A model generated the notes under the pieces. That model was not told the origin of the DNA. It ran no database searches and worked only from the letters and a program-made list of their open reading frames with translations. The position numbers and the translations under genes are program-made. Below are positions 42,850 to 55,284 of a stretch of 64,000 bases of DNA, piece after piece (positions within the stretch are counted from its first letter, which is position 1; every line of letters starts with the position of its first letter). This DNA is from Eledone cirrhosa (lineage: Eukaryota), in the NCBI GenBank assembly GCA_964016885.1, contig OZ024742.1, positions 69,502,001-69,566,000 on the forward strand, written 5' to 3'.

Positions 42850-44395
42850 GGGGAGGTTGATTGGGATTTGGGCCAAGGACGCGGCAGTAATGGAGCTGCG
42901 CCACGCGGACAGGACCGCAAAAGCGTTCCCGAAGACAATAGCCAGGGACACCCGCTGCAAACGCAACTCCACCTCTCGGGGCTCCTTCCTCAGACGGGTC
43001 ACCGACGTTCTGAACTTGCTGAGGAGCTCGGCAGTACGAGGTCTAAGTTCACCTGAGGACTCACGGTGACCGGTGCGAAGAGGAAACGGCCGGACAATCC
43101 CCGGTATTTGTTTATCTTCCTTTCCTTTGCATAGCGAGTCTTATTACCGGGGTTTGTGTTCGAAGTGACTAAGTTGGAGGTGGAGAACGTATCATATGTG
43201 ACGTCTCAGATGAGAAATCTACCTCTTTCGAATAGGAAGAGGTTGATTCTATCGGGGCGCTTGCCATCTCCGCAGTCAAGGCCTGCTGGCTCCAGTTGTG
43301 ATGGGAAGCCAGCTGCGTCCACGCTCCTCTCAATATGTCGTTCAGAGCTGCCTGTCGGGGTAACCTGCCTGCACTCTGGCAGCAAGACAGTAGGTGCAGA
43401 CAGAACTTGTCAGCGACAGCCCAGCAACAGCATTTATGGGGTTCACACACGCCGACGCCGAGGCGTTGAGCCACTCCAATGCGAGTACACTTGTCATCAG
43501 AGGAGTACCGGTTTTTTTGAGCCACGATCCGTTGTTTGGCTGTGAAGCGGAGCCGAGGCATGCGAGGCGGTATTGATCCAAGCCAGACTCGATCCAACTG
43601 AAAGAAGATCTACATTTGATGTCCCAGTTGCGTTGGACATTTGTATACTGAGGGACAGAGAGGCCTTCGCCTGTCCAGTCGGTCACAGCCTGTTCAAGCT
43701 TTGGGTCACGTCAAGTTCGGCTATCTGGTTGAGAAACTCACTGACGAAAGTGCGATTGGAGGATATCGAGGAGAGGTAGGTAACGAGGGGGTAAATGGAT
43801 GTGTCTCGTATGAAACACGTCTCTAGGGCGTGATCTCATCTAACGCTGTTTAAGACGTTTGTCATGTCCAGCTTCACAAGGAGGTGGAGTGACGAAGGAG
43901 GCACGTGCTCTATGAAATGCCTGGCCGCATGAGCTGCGGCTCATATCCGCACTTGATTACAACTCCAAGCTAGACAGGGCTTAGCAACTCGACTTTCTCA
44001 TGTCGCATTTAACTGACTTGTAAGCTAACTTGGCTGTAAGTCGTCGGAATGTTGAACGCCACCGTCATTCTTTCTCAGGGCGGTGAGACTGGCTGAGAAG
44101 AAATGATCGTGGGCATGGCTGGGCAAGTTGGCACGGAGGAGATAGTTGGTGAGGACTGTTAACGACTGGAGAAATCGGGTCCCTGTTTCTGCAGCGTGAG
44201 ACGAGATGAAGTCTCTGACTGGGGCACAAGCCGTCAACTCCGCCATTGCTGCTACCTGGAGAAGATATTAGGGCTGCTATGACGTCCTCACTGGATACTG
44301 CCGGGGAAGGATTGCTGGCAGGGTCTTGAACATCGCTGATGTCAGCTGGGGTTCCTGATGTTTTAGGCGAAGCGCTGATAAGACATCCGGCTTTG
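42850..44395 (-). mobile_element. CRE-clade element, decayed
   Basis: FFSASLTALRKNDGGV, KLDMTN, HLLSCCQSAGRLPRQAALNDILR motifs. Confidence 0.75.
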
Positions 44396-45079
44396 GCCGG
44401 GTAAAAAGTTTTAAGTGTCGTTTATAGTATAGTGTTTGTTTCACATAACCAGTTTGTTTTACGTAATGAATTTCCATTATGTAAAGTATCAACAAGATCT
44501 CGAATTTTTGCAACTTCCGGCCACTCACATGCTAAGTGTTCTTTGAAAACAGAAGATTGAATAAGATACTTTGTAGAGGGATTCATAGAGTAGAAGAGGG
44601 TGGAAGAGACCGCGAGAGATGGGAGAGACAGAGCGAGAAAATAAGGGGTGAGAAAGTGAAAGGATAGAGAGCCAAAGTAATAAAATCAAATCAGAAATAA
44701 GATTGAAAGAAAAGATATTATCAGAGAAAAAATGTGTGTGCACGTATGTATGTGTGGGCGTGTGTATATATTTATAGGATATTTATGTATGAAACATTCC
44801 AAATTGTACAGAATTGTTGGAAATGTTTCCAAGGGAATACATATATAACACTAACGTCGATATAGTAAATGTAGAAAAACAGACTTTCATTGTGAAATAA
44901 TCACTCCAGATATTTCAGCACTTTATTTATGTAGCATTCGAATTTTGTGAAAATCGTCAAAGATTTGAGCCTGAATATAAGCCGACACCATTACCATCGA
45001 GTTTTGGTAATATATATATCAACTTATATTGGAGTATATACGATATATATATTATTGAACGAAAGATCATCATAAATGT

Positions 45080-46861
45080 TTCCTATGTGATCTCGTCTTT
45101 TTAATTACACATTAAAAAGAACAAGAAAATCCAAGCGTATGCTGATAAAACAAAGAATATTTATAATTTAGACTGTGAACAATAGAATCAATTTATTTAT
45201 AACGAACTCTTAAAAAATAAGAAGAAAACTAATATTACTAACCTTGATGATATTAATGGACAGACTAAAATTATTGCTAAACAATTTGACATGGAAAAAT
45301 ACACTGAACCTTTTACATCTAAATCAGCTAGATTTAATCTGATGGATCATAAAATAGATTTCCAAAATAACCCTACTATAAAACTTATTTGTCCCTCCAC
45401 TACGGATGTAGGTAGAATAAGTAAAAAGATAATTGACAGAGTAACCCCACAAATTAAAAATAAAATAATGTTAAGTCTCTGGGGTAACACTACCGATGTT
45501 ATCAATTGGTTTAAAAACTTACATAATTGTAGCAAACTAAAATTCATGCAATTTGATATAAATAACTATTATGCCTCTATCTCTCCATCTCTCCTTGATA
45601 AAGTTTTGTTATTTGTTGCTGATCTTACTGACATTACTCACATTGAAATAGATACAACTTTATTATCTAGAAGAACTATAATAGAATTTAATGGGGATCT
45701 ATGGAGTAGGATGGACCACCCGTATAATTTTGATGTCACTATGGGTTCTAGTGACTCGGCCCATGTGATTGATCTGGTTGGATTATTTATTCTAGATAAA
45801 CTTAAGGCCAAGTTTCCTGCTATCGGAGGAGGATTGTACCGCGACGATGCTCTATTTACCTTCGAAAAATTATTCTACCACAGCTTTAGAGAGAGTTAGA
45901 TAACATTTACACAATTTGTTTAAAGAATATAATTTAACAGTTGCAATTGATAATAAAGATAGGATTGTTAATTTCTTAGATGTCAGTTTAGACCTAAATT
46001 ATCATTCATTCCAACCATGCCATATACCTGGTGAGGTTCTATTTTAAGTAAATGAATATTCTAACCATCCTAAATCTATTAAAAAAGCAATTATTGATAA
46101 TATTTCTAATAGAATAAGTTCTCTTTCCTCACAATATTGATGTTTTTTCTTATCAGAATACTAATTACTATAGTGAGGCCTTACATAGATCAGGATACAA
46201 AGAAAAACTAAAATATAACGTTACTGATAATAGAATTTATAAGAAAGTTTATAAAAAAATATAAGAATCTGGTGTCTGAAATTAATATTGACAATAAGGA
46301 ATGTGGTAAAACTAAGTATACCAGTGACATTTTATGGGTGGAGAGTATAATAAGGAAATAATCTGTATTAATAAAGCTGACTACCGTATGTATGTAACAA
46401 ACTTTTGGCAAAGCGGCTGGACCAAACAGCACCAAATTTGTACCATAGATGTAACTTTTTCCAAGGAAGAAAGTGAGGGTATTTTTCTCTAGTAAATTTC
46501 GTTATTATTGATTAAAGATATTTTGTTTATCTGAAGATTCCCTTCTTTAAAATTTTCAAATGTCAACACTTCCGGTTAGCGACCGCTTAAATAAACATGC
46601 ATATATTTTGCAGTTTATATATAATATCGTCTTTTTTTATGTATCATGGATTAAATGTGTGTATATTGTCAATCTCTATCTATATTAATAAAGCTTACTA
46701 CATTACTGGTACTTCATTATATATAATATATATAATACGACATTCCTCTCGCTTTCTTACTCTATCTTTTTAGTTAGATGCATAGCTATAACGTCGTGCG
46801 GTCATAATATCTGTCTGTATGTCTGCTGTCTGCATTGCCTTCGCTTCTAACCAACTTTTAA

Positions 46862-46914
<53 letters not shown>

Positions 46915-47470
46915 TATATTCGTGTACATATTTTCAATAGTAATACTGTACTATATATTTTCAACAGTAATACTATACTATATATTTTCAACAGTAGTAC
47001 TGTACTATATATTTTCAACAGTAATACTGTACTTCATATTTTCAACAGTAATACTATACTATATATTTTGGGGATCAATTGTAATTGTGGAATTCCTAAT
47101 AATTCCCCATTTGGAGGTAAATGTCTTAAAGCAAATGTTATTTATAGATATGAGGTTTCAACTAGGGATAATTGCTTTAATTATATAGGTGCTACTACCA
47201 CTAAATTCAAAACTGGATTCTATGCTCATACTAATTCATTTTAAAGTAAGAAGCTGAAAAATACAACTGGCAAAATTAATCTGGTCCCTTAAATAAGATA
47301 AGGTTAAATATAATGTTAAATGGTCTCTAATTAATACAGCAAGGCCACATGCAGGAAATAGATCCAAATCTAAACTTTTCTTAACAGAGGCGTTTGATTT
47401 CTGACCTCCAATAATGAGGTAATTCCTTCTTGTCAACATAAAACACTACTCCTTTTACTATAGAATTAAG
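45080..47470 (+). mobile_element. Penelope-like element, decayed and interrupted
   Basis: DHKIDFQNNPTIKLICPS, FDINNYYASI, FDVTMGSSDSA, GLYRDDAL; GIY-YIG remnant (YIGATTTKFK) near 47180. Confidence 0.85.
46927..47068. repeat. 27-bp minisatellite, ~5 copies
   Basis: (tatattttcaacagtaatact[a/g]tacta)n. Confidence 0.9.
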
Positions 47471-47781
47471 GAACCTGACTAGAGTTATACTAACTTTAGG
47501 GTTGCTCTTATTTTTAAATTTGTTTATCTCTTTTATATATAGTGTGCGGAAATGGATGTAGTATGTATGTGTGTATTTCTATATATGTATACTTGATGTA
47601 AGCGTCTTCTATGTGTACTTTGGGGTGTGTGTACGTGTGTGTATATTTGTTTACATCTATGTACAAGTATGTAAGTATGTATATTTTATATGAATGTGTT
47701 TGTCCTTGTGTGTGTGTACATTTATGTATATGTGTGTGTATGTGTGTGTATATATATATGTGTGTATGTATGTGTATATAC

Positions 47782-47894
<113 letters not shown>

Positions 47895-48017
47895 CATAGG
47901 TTTTTATGTATTTGTGTATGTATGTATATATATGTATGCGTTGCTTATGCCTATGTTTTTATGAATTTGTGTGGTCGTATATATATATATATGTCTAAAG
48001 TCTGTCATAAACCAGAA

Positions 48018-48285
48018 GGCTCATTTGGCCGGTGCTTATCCCGGTTTCATGGCGTGAAGCGACTGAGAGTACAAGACTAGGGTACAAGTACCAGACTGTG
48101 TAGGAGGCCAGTCCATCGCAGGGTTGAAGGCCAAGCTATTGATGGTACTCATTTTCAGCTGAGTATACTGGAGCAACGCGAAATGAAGTGTTTTGCACAA
48201 GAACACAACACGCAAACCAGGAATCGAACCCAGGACGTAATGATTTTAAGTCCAACACCCCTACCACTGATACACGTGCCTCCAC
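48018..48285 (-). mobile_element. tRNA-derived SINE of a second (CORE-like) family
   Basis: Minus strand reads gtggaggc..tcagtggtagggg..gggttcgattcctgg (A/B boxes) then gtgttcttgtgcaaaacacttcattt..aatgagtacc. Confidence 0.75.
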
Positions 48286-48518
48286 TATATATATATGTGT
48301 GTTTGTGAGTATGTACGTATTTTATATATATGTATATGTGTGTGTATGTGGATGTGCATACGTATATGTGTGGGTGTTAGATACGCATTTATGTCATTTT
48401 TGTTTATGTATGTGTGTGTATATGAATATATCTATGTGATTGTGTATATGTATGTGTGTATATATGTGAATATATGTGTATATATGTGTGTATATTTATA
48501 TGTCAGTATATATAATAA

Positions 48519-49451
48519 GTTGACGGAAGTAGCATAGGTATCACTGCTAGGACTGGTTACATCTCAACGTACTCAATAGGTAATGTTAAACAAACTCCCA
48601 GAGTATACACATAGTTATTCGCTTCAATACAACACACGTAAACGGGCACCTTCAATTATTCCCTAACTCGAGTTTCGGCCACACTTAATGCATCAGTAGT
48701 GTGCACTGCACCCTCTGTTCACATATTTTATGCAAAAATGCATAATCGGCGCACGTGGCTTCATCAGCGGGTTTCACCTAATCAATAACCAATCGATCGA
48801 TAGAATTCGACTCCAGTCCCTGCCGGCTATGACTGTTTGGGACGACCAACACAGTAAAGAGATTAGCAACTGGAATCTCTACGCATCACAATGCCGTCCC
48901 CAGATTTATAAATGTATGTAATGGCAGGAGACGAGAATTCAAATAAGTCTGCTCCCGCCATACGCACTCAGCCAACGTATCTCAAACACAAATTAATAAG
49001 TTAGTGAAAAATTGCTTATTAGAAAACTTCAGTCTCAAATCGCTGTACAATAGAATGGTAGCATTCGGCTCTAGTCTCCAAGTCCCATGGCGAGAAATAG
49101 TACGATAGTAACAATGGTAGTGCCTACAACATTTTCCGGGCATTAAATGCCAACCAAGCGATTACACAGCTATATAGAATAGCGCGGTGGTTAGAGTCTG
49201 AATTCTAGATATTTCAACCAACCACGTGCGTAAATCAATCTATTTCACAACTTGTACGATTCAATAGATGAATGAAAGAGAAAATATATAACAGGAATTA
49301 GAGCGTATATTAAATCAAAACACAAAGAAAAATGTCAAACATTGTTGACGGAAGTAGCATAGGTATCACTGCTAGGACCCGTTGTATCTCAGCGAACTCA
49401 ATAGGTAATGTTAAACAAAGTCCAAGAGTATACACATAGTTATTCGCTTCA
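48519..49451. repeat. 108-bp direct repeats (48519-48626, 49344-49451) bracketing ~720 bp
   Basis: gttgacggaagtagcataggtatcactgctaggac..atagttattcgcttca occurs twice. Confidence 0.85.
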
Positions 49452-49477
49452 CTACAACAGACACACACAGACACACA

Positions 49478-49576
<99 letters not shown>

Positions 49577-49755
49577 AAATGTTTTTTTATTAAAAAAAGA
49601 AAAAAAGAAAAAAAAGAAGAAAAAAAGAAGAAAAAAAGAAGAAAAAAAAGAAGAAAAAGAAAAAAAGAAGAAAAAAGAAAAAAAAAGAAAGAAAAGAAAA
49701 AAAAGAAAAAAAAGAAAAAAGAGATTTCCTACACAGGTGAAAGTATACGGTAAGG

Positions 49756-49953
49756 AAGTCAAAATTCAAAAGTGCAACTGGAGTCTTTTTATGAATATTT
49801 ATTTATTTATTTCCTTTACCGGTTTCACAGTTCTTATTCTTATTCACACCACAAACCGGTCATCTCAATTTTACTTTTGAAAAGCATAAGAACTGTTAGA
49901 CCGGTAAAGGAAATAAATATTCATAAAAAGACTCCAGTTGCATTTTCGACTTC
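49756..49953. repeat. Imperfect inverted repeat (~70-bp arms)
   Basis: tgcaactggagtctttttatgaatattt..tcctttaccggt / accggtaaaggaaataaatattcataaaaagactccagttgca. Confidence 0.85.
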
Positions 49954-50107
49954 ATTTCCTTATATATATGTATATATATTTATTATATATGGTTGCGTTT
50001 GTGTGTGTGTGTGTGTGTGTGCGTATAGATACATATTATATGTGTGTGTATGTGTATGTATGTGTGTATATATATATGTATGGGCATATATATATATATA
50101 AGTATAT

Positions 50108-50235
50108 AAGTTTTAATATAGATGAGATTCTACAGGACTAGAACTGTTTCATTCTTTAGAAATCATCAGGAATCTGATGATTTCTAAAGAATGAAACAGT
50201 TCTAGTCCTGTAGAATCTCATCTATATTAAAACTT
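50108..50235. repeat. Perfect palindrome, 62-bp arms, 4-nt spacer
   Basis: 50108-50169 is the reverse complement of 50174-50235. Confidence 0.92.
50125..50175 (-). ncRNA. Type I hammerhead ribozyme
   Basis: AGATTC-CTGATGA-TTTCTAAAGAAT-GAAA-CAGTTCTAGTCCTG-TA-GAATCT: 6-bp stem I, 4-bp stem III, GUA triplet. Confidence 0.8.
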
Positions 50236-50733
50236 TTATACTCTGCAATGTATTGAGTACCTTACTTACTGTGGTTACCTCCGATTCAACCCGGAATAAC
50301 GTACTATATAAGTATATATATATATGAGTGTGTGTGTGTGTGTGTGTATACGTATGTCTACTTTTTTCTTTTTTCTTTTATAATATTTTTTATCTATATT
50401 ATATTTCTCTTTTTTTTATTTATCAGCTATTTTTTTTTATAGTTATGTGCTGGAGTGGTTTGATGATATACCTCTGCAGTTGGACAACATACATTTTCCA
50501 TGCATCTCCGTCTATAACATCACGGCATCGTTTTAAATGTAGACAAATTCTATGACTGGGCTGTTGAGCTGTTTGGTGAGACGTGTAATGAGATATTTAC
50601 AGATAAATAACAGATTTTGATAAGTCTTACTAAGTGGAGGAAACGTTTGTAAATCGATATTCAATATAAAAACGTATTTGTTAATTACTATATATATATA
50701 TTAGTTATGTAATAAACAACATAACATAATTAT

Positions 50734-50792
50734 TTCATATACCAGTGGTTTCAAGGCAGATATTTATATCTGTCTTCATTCGTCAGAATGAA
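50734..50792 (-). ncRNA. Hammerhead ribozyme variant
   Basis: TTCATT-CTGACGA-atg-AAGACAGATAT..ATATCTGCCTT-GAAA-CCACTGG-TA-TATGAA. Confidence 0.6.
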
Positions 50793-50875
50793 TAAAAAAA
50801 AATAATAAAAAATCTAATAAGCTCTGCAGCCTACATAGAGCACTCTCTTTTCGTGTACCTTTCCTACGGAAATAC

Positions 50876-50941
<66 letters not shown>

Positions 50942-51046
50942 GTATTTCCGTAGGAAAGGTACAGGAAAAGAGAGTGCTCTATGTAGGCTGCAGAGCTTAT
51001 TAGATTTTTTATTATTTTTTTTTTATTCATTCTGACGAATGAAGAC
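50772..51046. repeat. Palindrome with ~108-bp arms centred on (TA)n
   Basis: Arms are near-perfect reverse complements; ORF track shows mirror ORFs on both strands. Confidence 0.92.
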
Positions 51047-51114
51047 TGAAATATATATTGCAGTAATAAACGAAGCTAAATTTTAAACATTTGACTTTTT
51101 ATTTAACTTTATTT

Positions 51115-51186
<72 letters not shown>

Positions 51187-51256
51187 AAATAAAGTTAAAT
51201 AAAAAGTCAAATGTTTAAAATTTAGCTTCGTTTATTACTGCAATATATATTTCAGT
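51045..51256. repeat. Second abutting palindrome with ~72-bp arms centred on (TA)n
   Basis: actgaaatatatattgcagtaataaacgaagc.. / ..gcttcgtttattactgcaatatatatttcagt. Confidence 0.92.
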
Positions 51257-51291
51257 GACAGCCATCTTTGGCTGTGACCTCTTCAGGCAGT
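51237..51291 (-). ncRNA. Type I hammerhead ribozyme
   Basis: ACTGC-CTGAAGA-GGTCACAGCC..GGCTGTCACT-GAAA-TATATA-TT-GCAGT. Confidence 0.75.
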
Positions 51292-51569
51292 CCGAATTAG
51301 TGTGGTATAGACAAGTACATATGTTGTTGAGGTGTATAATTTTGTCAATACTCTGATATGTCCAGTTCCTGGTTGGGTGAAACAGTACTGTACATACATA
51401 CACGTGGAATTTATATTGTGGCAGTTTCAATTAATGAAATTGTGAGTTTTCATATCTTAAGCTGTTGAAACAATAATTCCTCTATGATTTCATAGCTAAG
51501 CCTTGTGGCTCAGCTGGGAAATGCCTTTCATTGGATCCTTGGCGGCTTGAACGAACGGTCAGCTGATGT

Positions 51570-52250
51570 AATCTAAGCACTGCCCGCAACGCAACTCGTA
51601 CTGGCGAGAACGAACGATCGCCGCAAATACAATTGAAGCAATGCCAGCAGCGCCACACGTAGTGGCAAGAATAAGCGTTCGCCACCAATGCAATCAAACA
51701 AATACCCACAAACCTACGCGTAGCTGCGACACGAATGGTCACCGCCAATGCAAGTGCAGCTCTTCCCACAACGCTACGCGTAGCTGCGAGAATTTACTGT
51801 CACCACGTATGCAAGTGAAGCACTGACTGCAGCTCGACGCGTAGCGGCTGGAACTTAGGATCGCCGCCAATGCAAGCGATGAGCTCTCTGCAGCTCGACG
51901 CGTAGCGGCTGGAACTTAGGATCGCCGCCAATGCAAGCGATGAGCTCTCTGCAGCTCGACGCGTAGCGGCTGGAACTTAGGATCGCCGCCAATGCAAGCG
52001 ATGAGCTCTCTGCAGCTCGACGCGTAGCGGCTGGAACTTAGGATCGCCGCCAATGCAAGCGATGAGCTCTCTGCAGCACTACGCGTAGCGGCTGGAACTT
52101 AGGATCGCCGCCAATGCAAGCGATGAGCTCTCTGCAGCTCGACGCGTAGCGGCTGGAACTTAGGATCGCCGCCAATGCAAGCGATGAGCTCTCTGCAGCA
52201 CTACGCGTAGCGATGAGAACGAACGGTCACCGCCGATGCAAGCGAAGCAC
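51570..52250. repeat. GC-rich 61-bp minisatellite: ~6 near-identical units (51827-52212) plus diverged flanking units
   Basis: (ctgcagctcgacgcgtagcggctggaacttaggatcgccgccaatgcaagcgatgagctct)n. Confidence 0.92.
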
Positions 52251-52251
52251 T

Positions 52252-52935
52252 TACTCTCTTTCTCTCTCTTTTACCCCCTTCCCCCACTTCCCCATTTTTC
52301 GCCCTCAATCTCTCTTTGTCCTCTACTGTCCCCCTCTTTCTTCATCTGCCTCCCTCTTTTCCCTCTTTCCCCCACCCTCCTGTCCTTCTCTTTTCCTTTT
52401 CCCCCTTTCTCCTCTTACCACATCCTCCCCTCCTCCCCTTCCTTCCACCTATTCTTGCACTTTCCCCTCTTTCCATCTCTTTCCCCATCTCTCTTGTGTT
52501 TCATCTTTTACACTCTTATACAGCTTTCTCCTTCATTCCTTCATCTCTTTGCCCTATTTGCCCTCCTTGCATTGCTCTTCCTCGTCTGTACCCCCCCCCC
52601 ATCCCACTCTCTATTCATTCCTCTCCCTCTCTACCCCATTCTCCCTTCCTCACCTGTCTTTGTACCTGCCCTTCCTTCTCCTTTTCTCCTTTCTCCTGCC
52701 TCCTCTTTCAATCCTTCCTCCACGCCCTCCCCTTCCCCTTCGCCCTCCCATTTCATCCCTTAATGGTTTTCCTCTACTTGTTCCTCCTTTCCTCGTCTTT
52801 CTCCGTCCCTCCCCTCTGTCTCCCTCTTCCTTTTCTTTCCCTATATTACGCCTTCTTCCCCTTCTTCCCATTTTCCTTTTTCCTCTTCTTCCCCCTCCTT
52901 TATCGCTTCCCTCGATTTCCTCGACTTTCTCTCCT
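52252..52935. repeat. Long polypyrimidine low-complexity tract
   Basis: ~680 bp strongly C/T-dominated on the + strand. Confidence 0.9.
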
Positions 52936-53059
52936 GATACTGTAGTTTGGCTGGAGATAAGAAACTCCACTGTCAAGGTGTAACACCAGAAATGACTACA
53001 CAGACAAGTTTATGCACCAAACAAGGAGTCTGAATACAGATCCTTCCTTGATGAGGTCA

Positions 53060-53805
53060 CTGCAGTGATTAGATGTAATTAAGACTGAGTCAAATGTCCT
53101 ACTGGAAGACTTCAATGAGCATGACGGCACTGACCATCTAACATGGAAAAGAGTAATTGGAAGAAACGGTGATCCTGATCTAAATACGAATAGAGATGCC
53201 TTATGTTCTAGCAAGGGATTCTCTATTATGAACACCATCTTCCGACACAGAGACATCCATAAATATACATGGTATAAGGAGAATCAAGGACAGACATCAA
53301 TAATTGATTTTGTTATTGTCTCCGATTTCTTCGATTCTGTGCTGGATGTTCGTGTTAAGAGAGGGGCTGAGATGTCAACTGATCACCATCTAGTTATCTG
53401 CAACTTAAAACTACCTAAAACAAAATAAGCCTACAAAACTGGCAGATCCAGGTTGACCTTCAAGATAAAGTAGGAAGCGTTGGTGGATAAGGAAGTTAGG
53501 ACCAGATATGTAGATACTATTTCATCGAAATTCAGAAAACTCCCCGAGAAATTTGAGGATGTTGAAACAGTGCAGACTATTCATCTCGGCAGTTTCTGCT
53601 TTAGATGTTAAATACTGCGGGTAAAAGCGGCTTAATGTGGCGCCGAGAGGCATGAAGACCCCTTGATTCAATCATGAGATCAAAGATACCACCCAACCAA
53701 AAATGAGGCCTACAAATCTTTGAGGCCTCAAGAAGGAGGGCTTAGATATAAGCCCTCCTTCTTGCACTTGCGGTACAAGCAGACGCGAAATGTCGCAGCA
53801 AAGAC
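53060..53805 (+). mobile_element. RTE-like endonuclease fragment
   Basis: MNTIFRHRDIHKYTWY..SIIDFVIV..DVRVKRGAEMSTDHHLV. Confidence 0.78.
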
Positions 53806-54315
53806 AGGAATCCGACTTCAGATCTTATATGTACTTAATTCAGCAAGAGGCTGAATTAAGTACATATAAGACTGAATAAGGAAAAAAGACATAAAAATAG
53901 ATTAGTGTAAAAAATAAAATTATGAATGTATGCAAGCAGGAATTTAAGTTAAGGAGTGTGAGAAAACAAAAGAGGAATGTGTGATATAGTATCGCGAGTA
54001 AATGTCAATATTAATTTCGAATGTTGAAGTGTTAAGTCCGGTATGATTCTAAGTTTAATGGCATGTTGCACGGTTACTTGTATCTATGAGGTCTAGATGT
54101 GTATCGTAATTATTAGCGCTAGGTTCAGTGTAAGTATGTGTTATATCATCGCTACTTTAGTTTTAGTTCTAGTATGATTCAGTATTTAAGGATACTAGCA
54201 GAAAAACCGCCCTTCATGCGGTTTTCTGCTAGCATATATAGTGTGCATATTGGTATTATACGCCAATATATATGCGTATAGATATATGTAAATTAAAAAG
54301 TAAATTGACAATATC

Positions 54316-54955
54316 TTCTTCTTCACCCACTTATTTCTGAGTGGGTCGTAGGGGCTGAGTCCTTCTCAAACACTCCTTCCAGCGAGTCCGTCAGTAGCAA
54401 ACATCTCAAACTAATCCAGCTGGATCTCAAAGCGTGACCAGCCAAGCTCCTGGATGTCATCCAACTATCTTGCTCAGGGTCTACCTCTGGGTCTCCTGTC
54501 GGCTGGTTTTGCCCGTAAAATGTGTCCAGCGATTCTTTACTGAGACATTCTAACCACATGCTCATAATATCGGAGTTGTGATCTCTCAATTCGGAGAAGT
54601 AGCGGCTCTACCAGGAGTGACTCTCTCGTCTGTGAGTTATGCACTTTATCGAGTAACGTTACTCCAAAGACCCTTCGGAGGAATCCCATTTCTGCCACTT
54701 TTGTTTGCAATTGTATTCTTTTGGTCATTACTCAAGATTCATGATCCTTGGTAAGAGTTGGCAGGAATACCAGGAAGACAGCGAGTTTGACTTTTACACC
54801 TACCCCTTCATCTGATTGCTGAGGCTGGCGCTTTACGGCATCAGCTTTTGCAATTCTTGCACTTAATTCAATCTCCTACATTCCATCACTCATGAACACG
54901 GCTCCAAGATACTTGAACTTCTCTAGCTGCTTCAGTAGAACTCCATTTACATGTA
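54316..54955 (-). mobile_element. RTE-like 3' fragment with (GAA)n tail
   Basis: AEMGFLRRVFGVTLLDKVHNS..IERSQLRYYEHVVRM. Confidence 0.78.
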
Positions 54956-55284
54956 TATAAATTTGAGGGACTTCTGTCCACCCGTCCATCACGCAATGTG
55001 TATGTGCGTTTGTGTGAATGTATGTGTGTGTAAAAGGAAGGAAAGGGATACATACATATATGTGTCTAACTTAAAAACAGTGACACACAAACACGTGTCT
55101 CTCATTTAAGAACGCCCACAAACACACGCACACGCACATACACACACTGTCCTATTACCACCCAAGAGCTTTGGCCCGGGAAAATATCCCCTAAATTTTG
55201 GAACCGCCTGGGTTGTCCTGAATTAATGAGAAACTTGACGATCTTACTCTGTGCTCCTGGCCAAAAGGCAGGTGCCTTACCTAG

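Noticed and set aside
43048-43100. Functional hammerhead (CTGAGGA-CTC..GAG-GAAA-CGGCCG)
   Set aside because: Lacks the required UH cleavage site and stem I pairing; counted only as degenerate
51827-52212. CRISPR-like array
   Set aside because: Units are contiguous near-identical repeats without unique spacers; no cas genes; eukaryotic context
52213-52983. 256-aa Ser/Pro/Leu/Phe-rich ORFs
   Set aside because: Open in several frames only because the pyrimidine tract lacks stop codons
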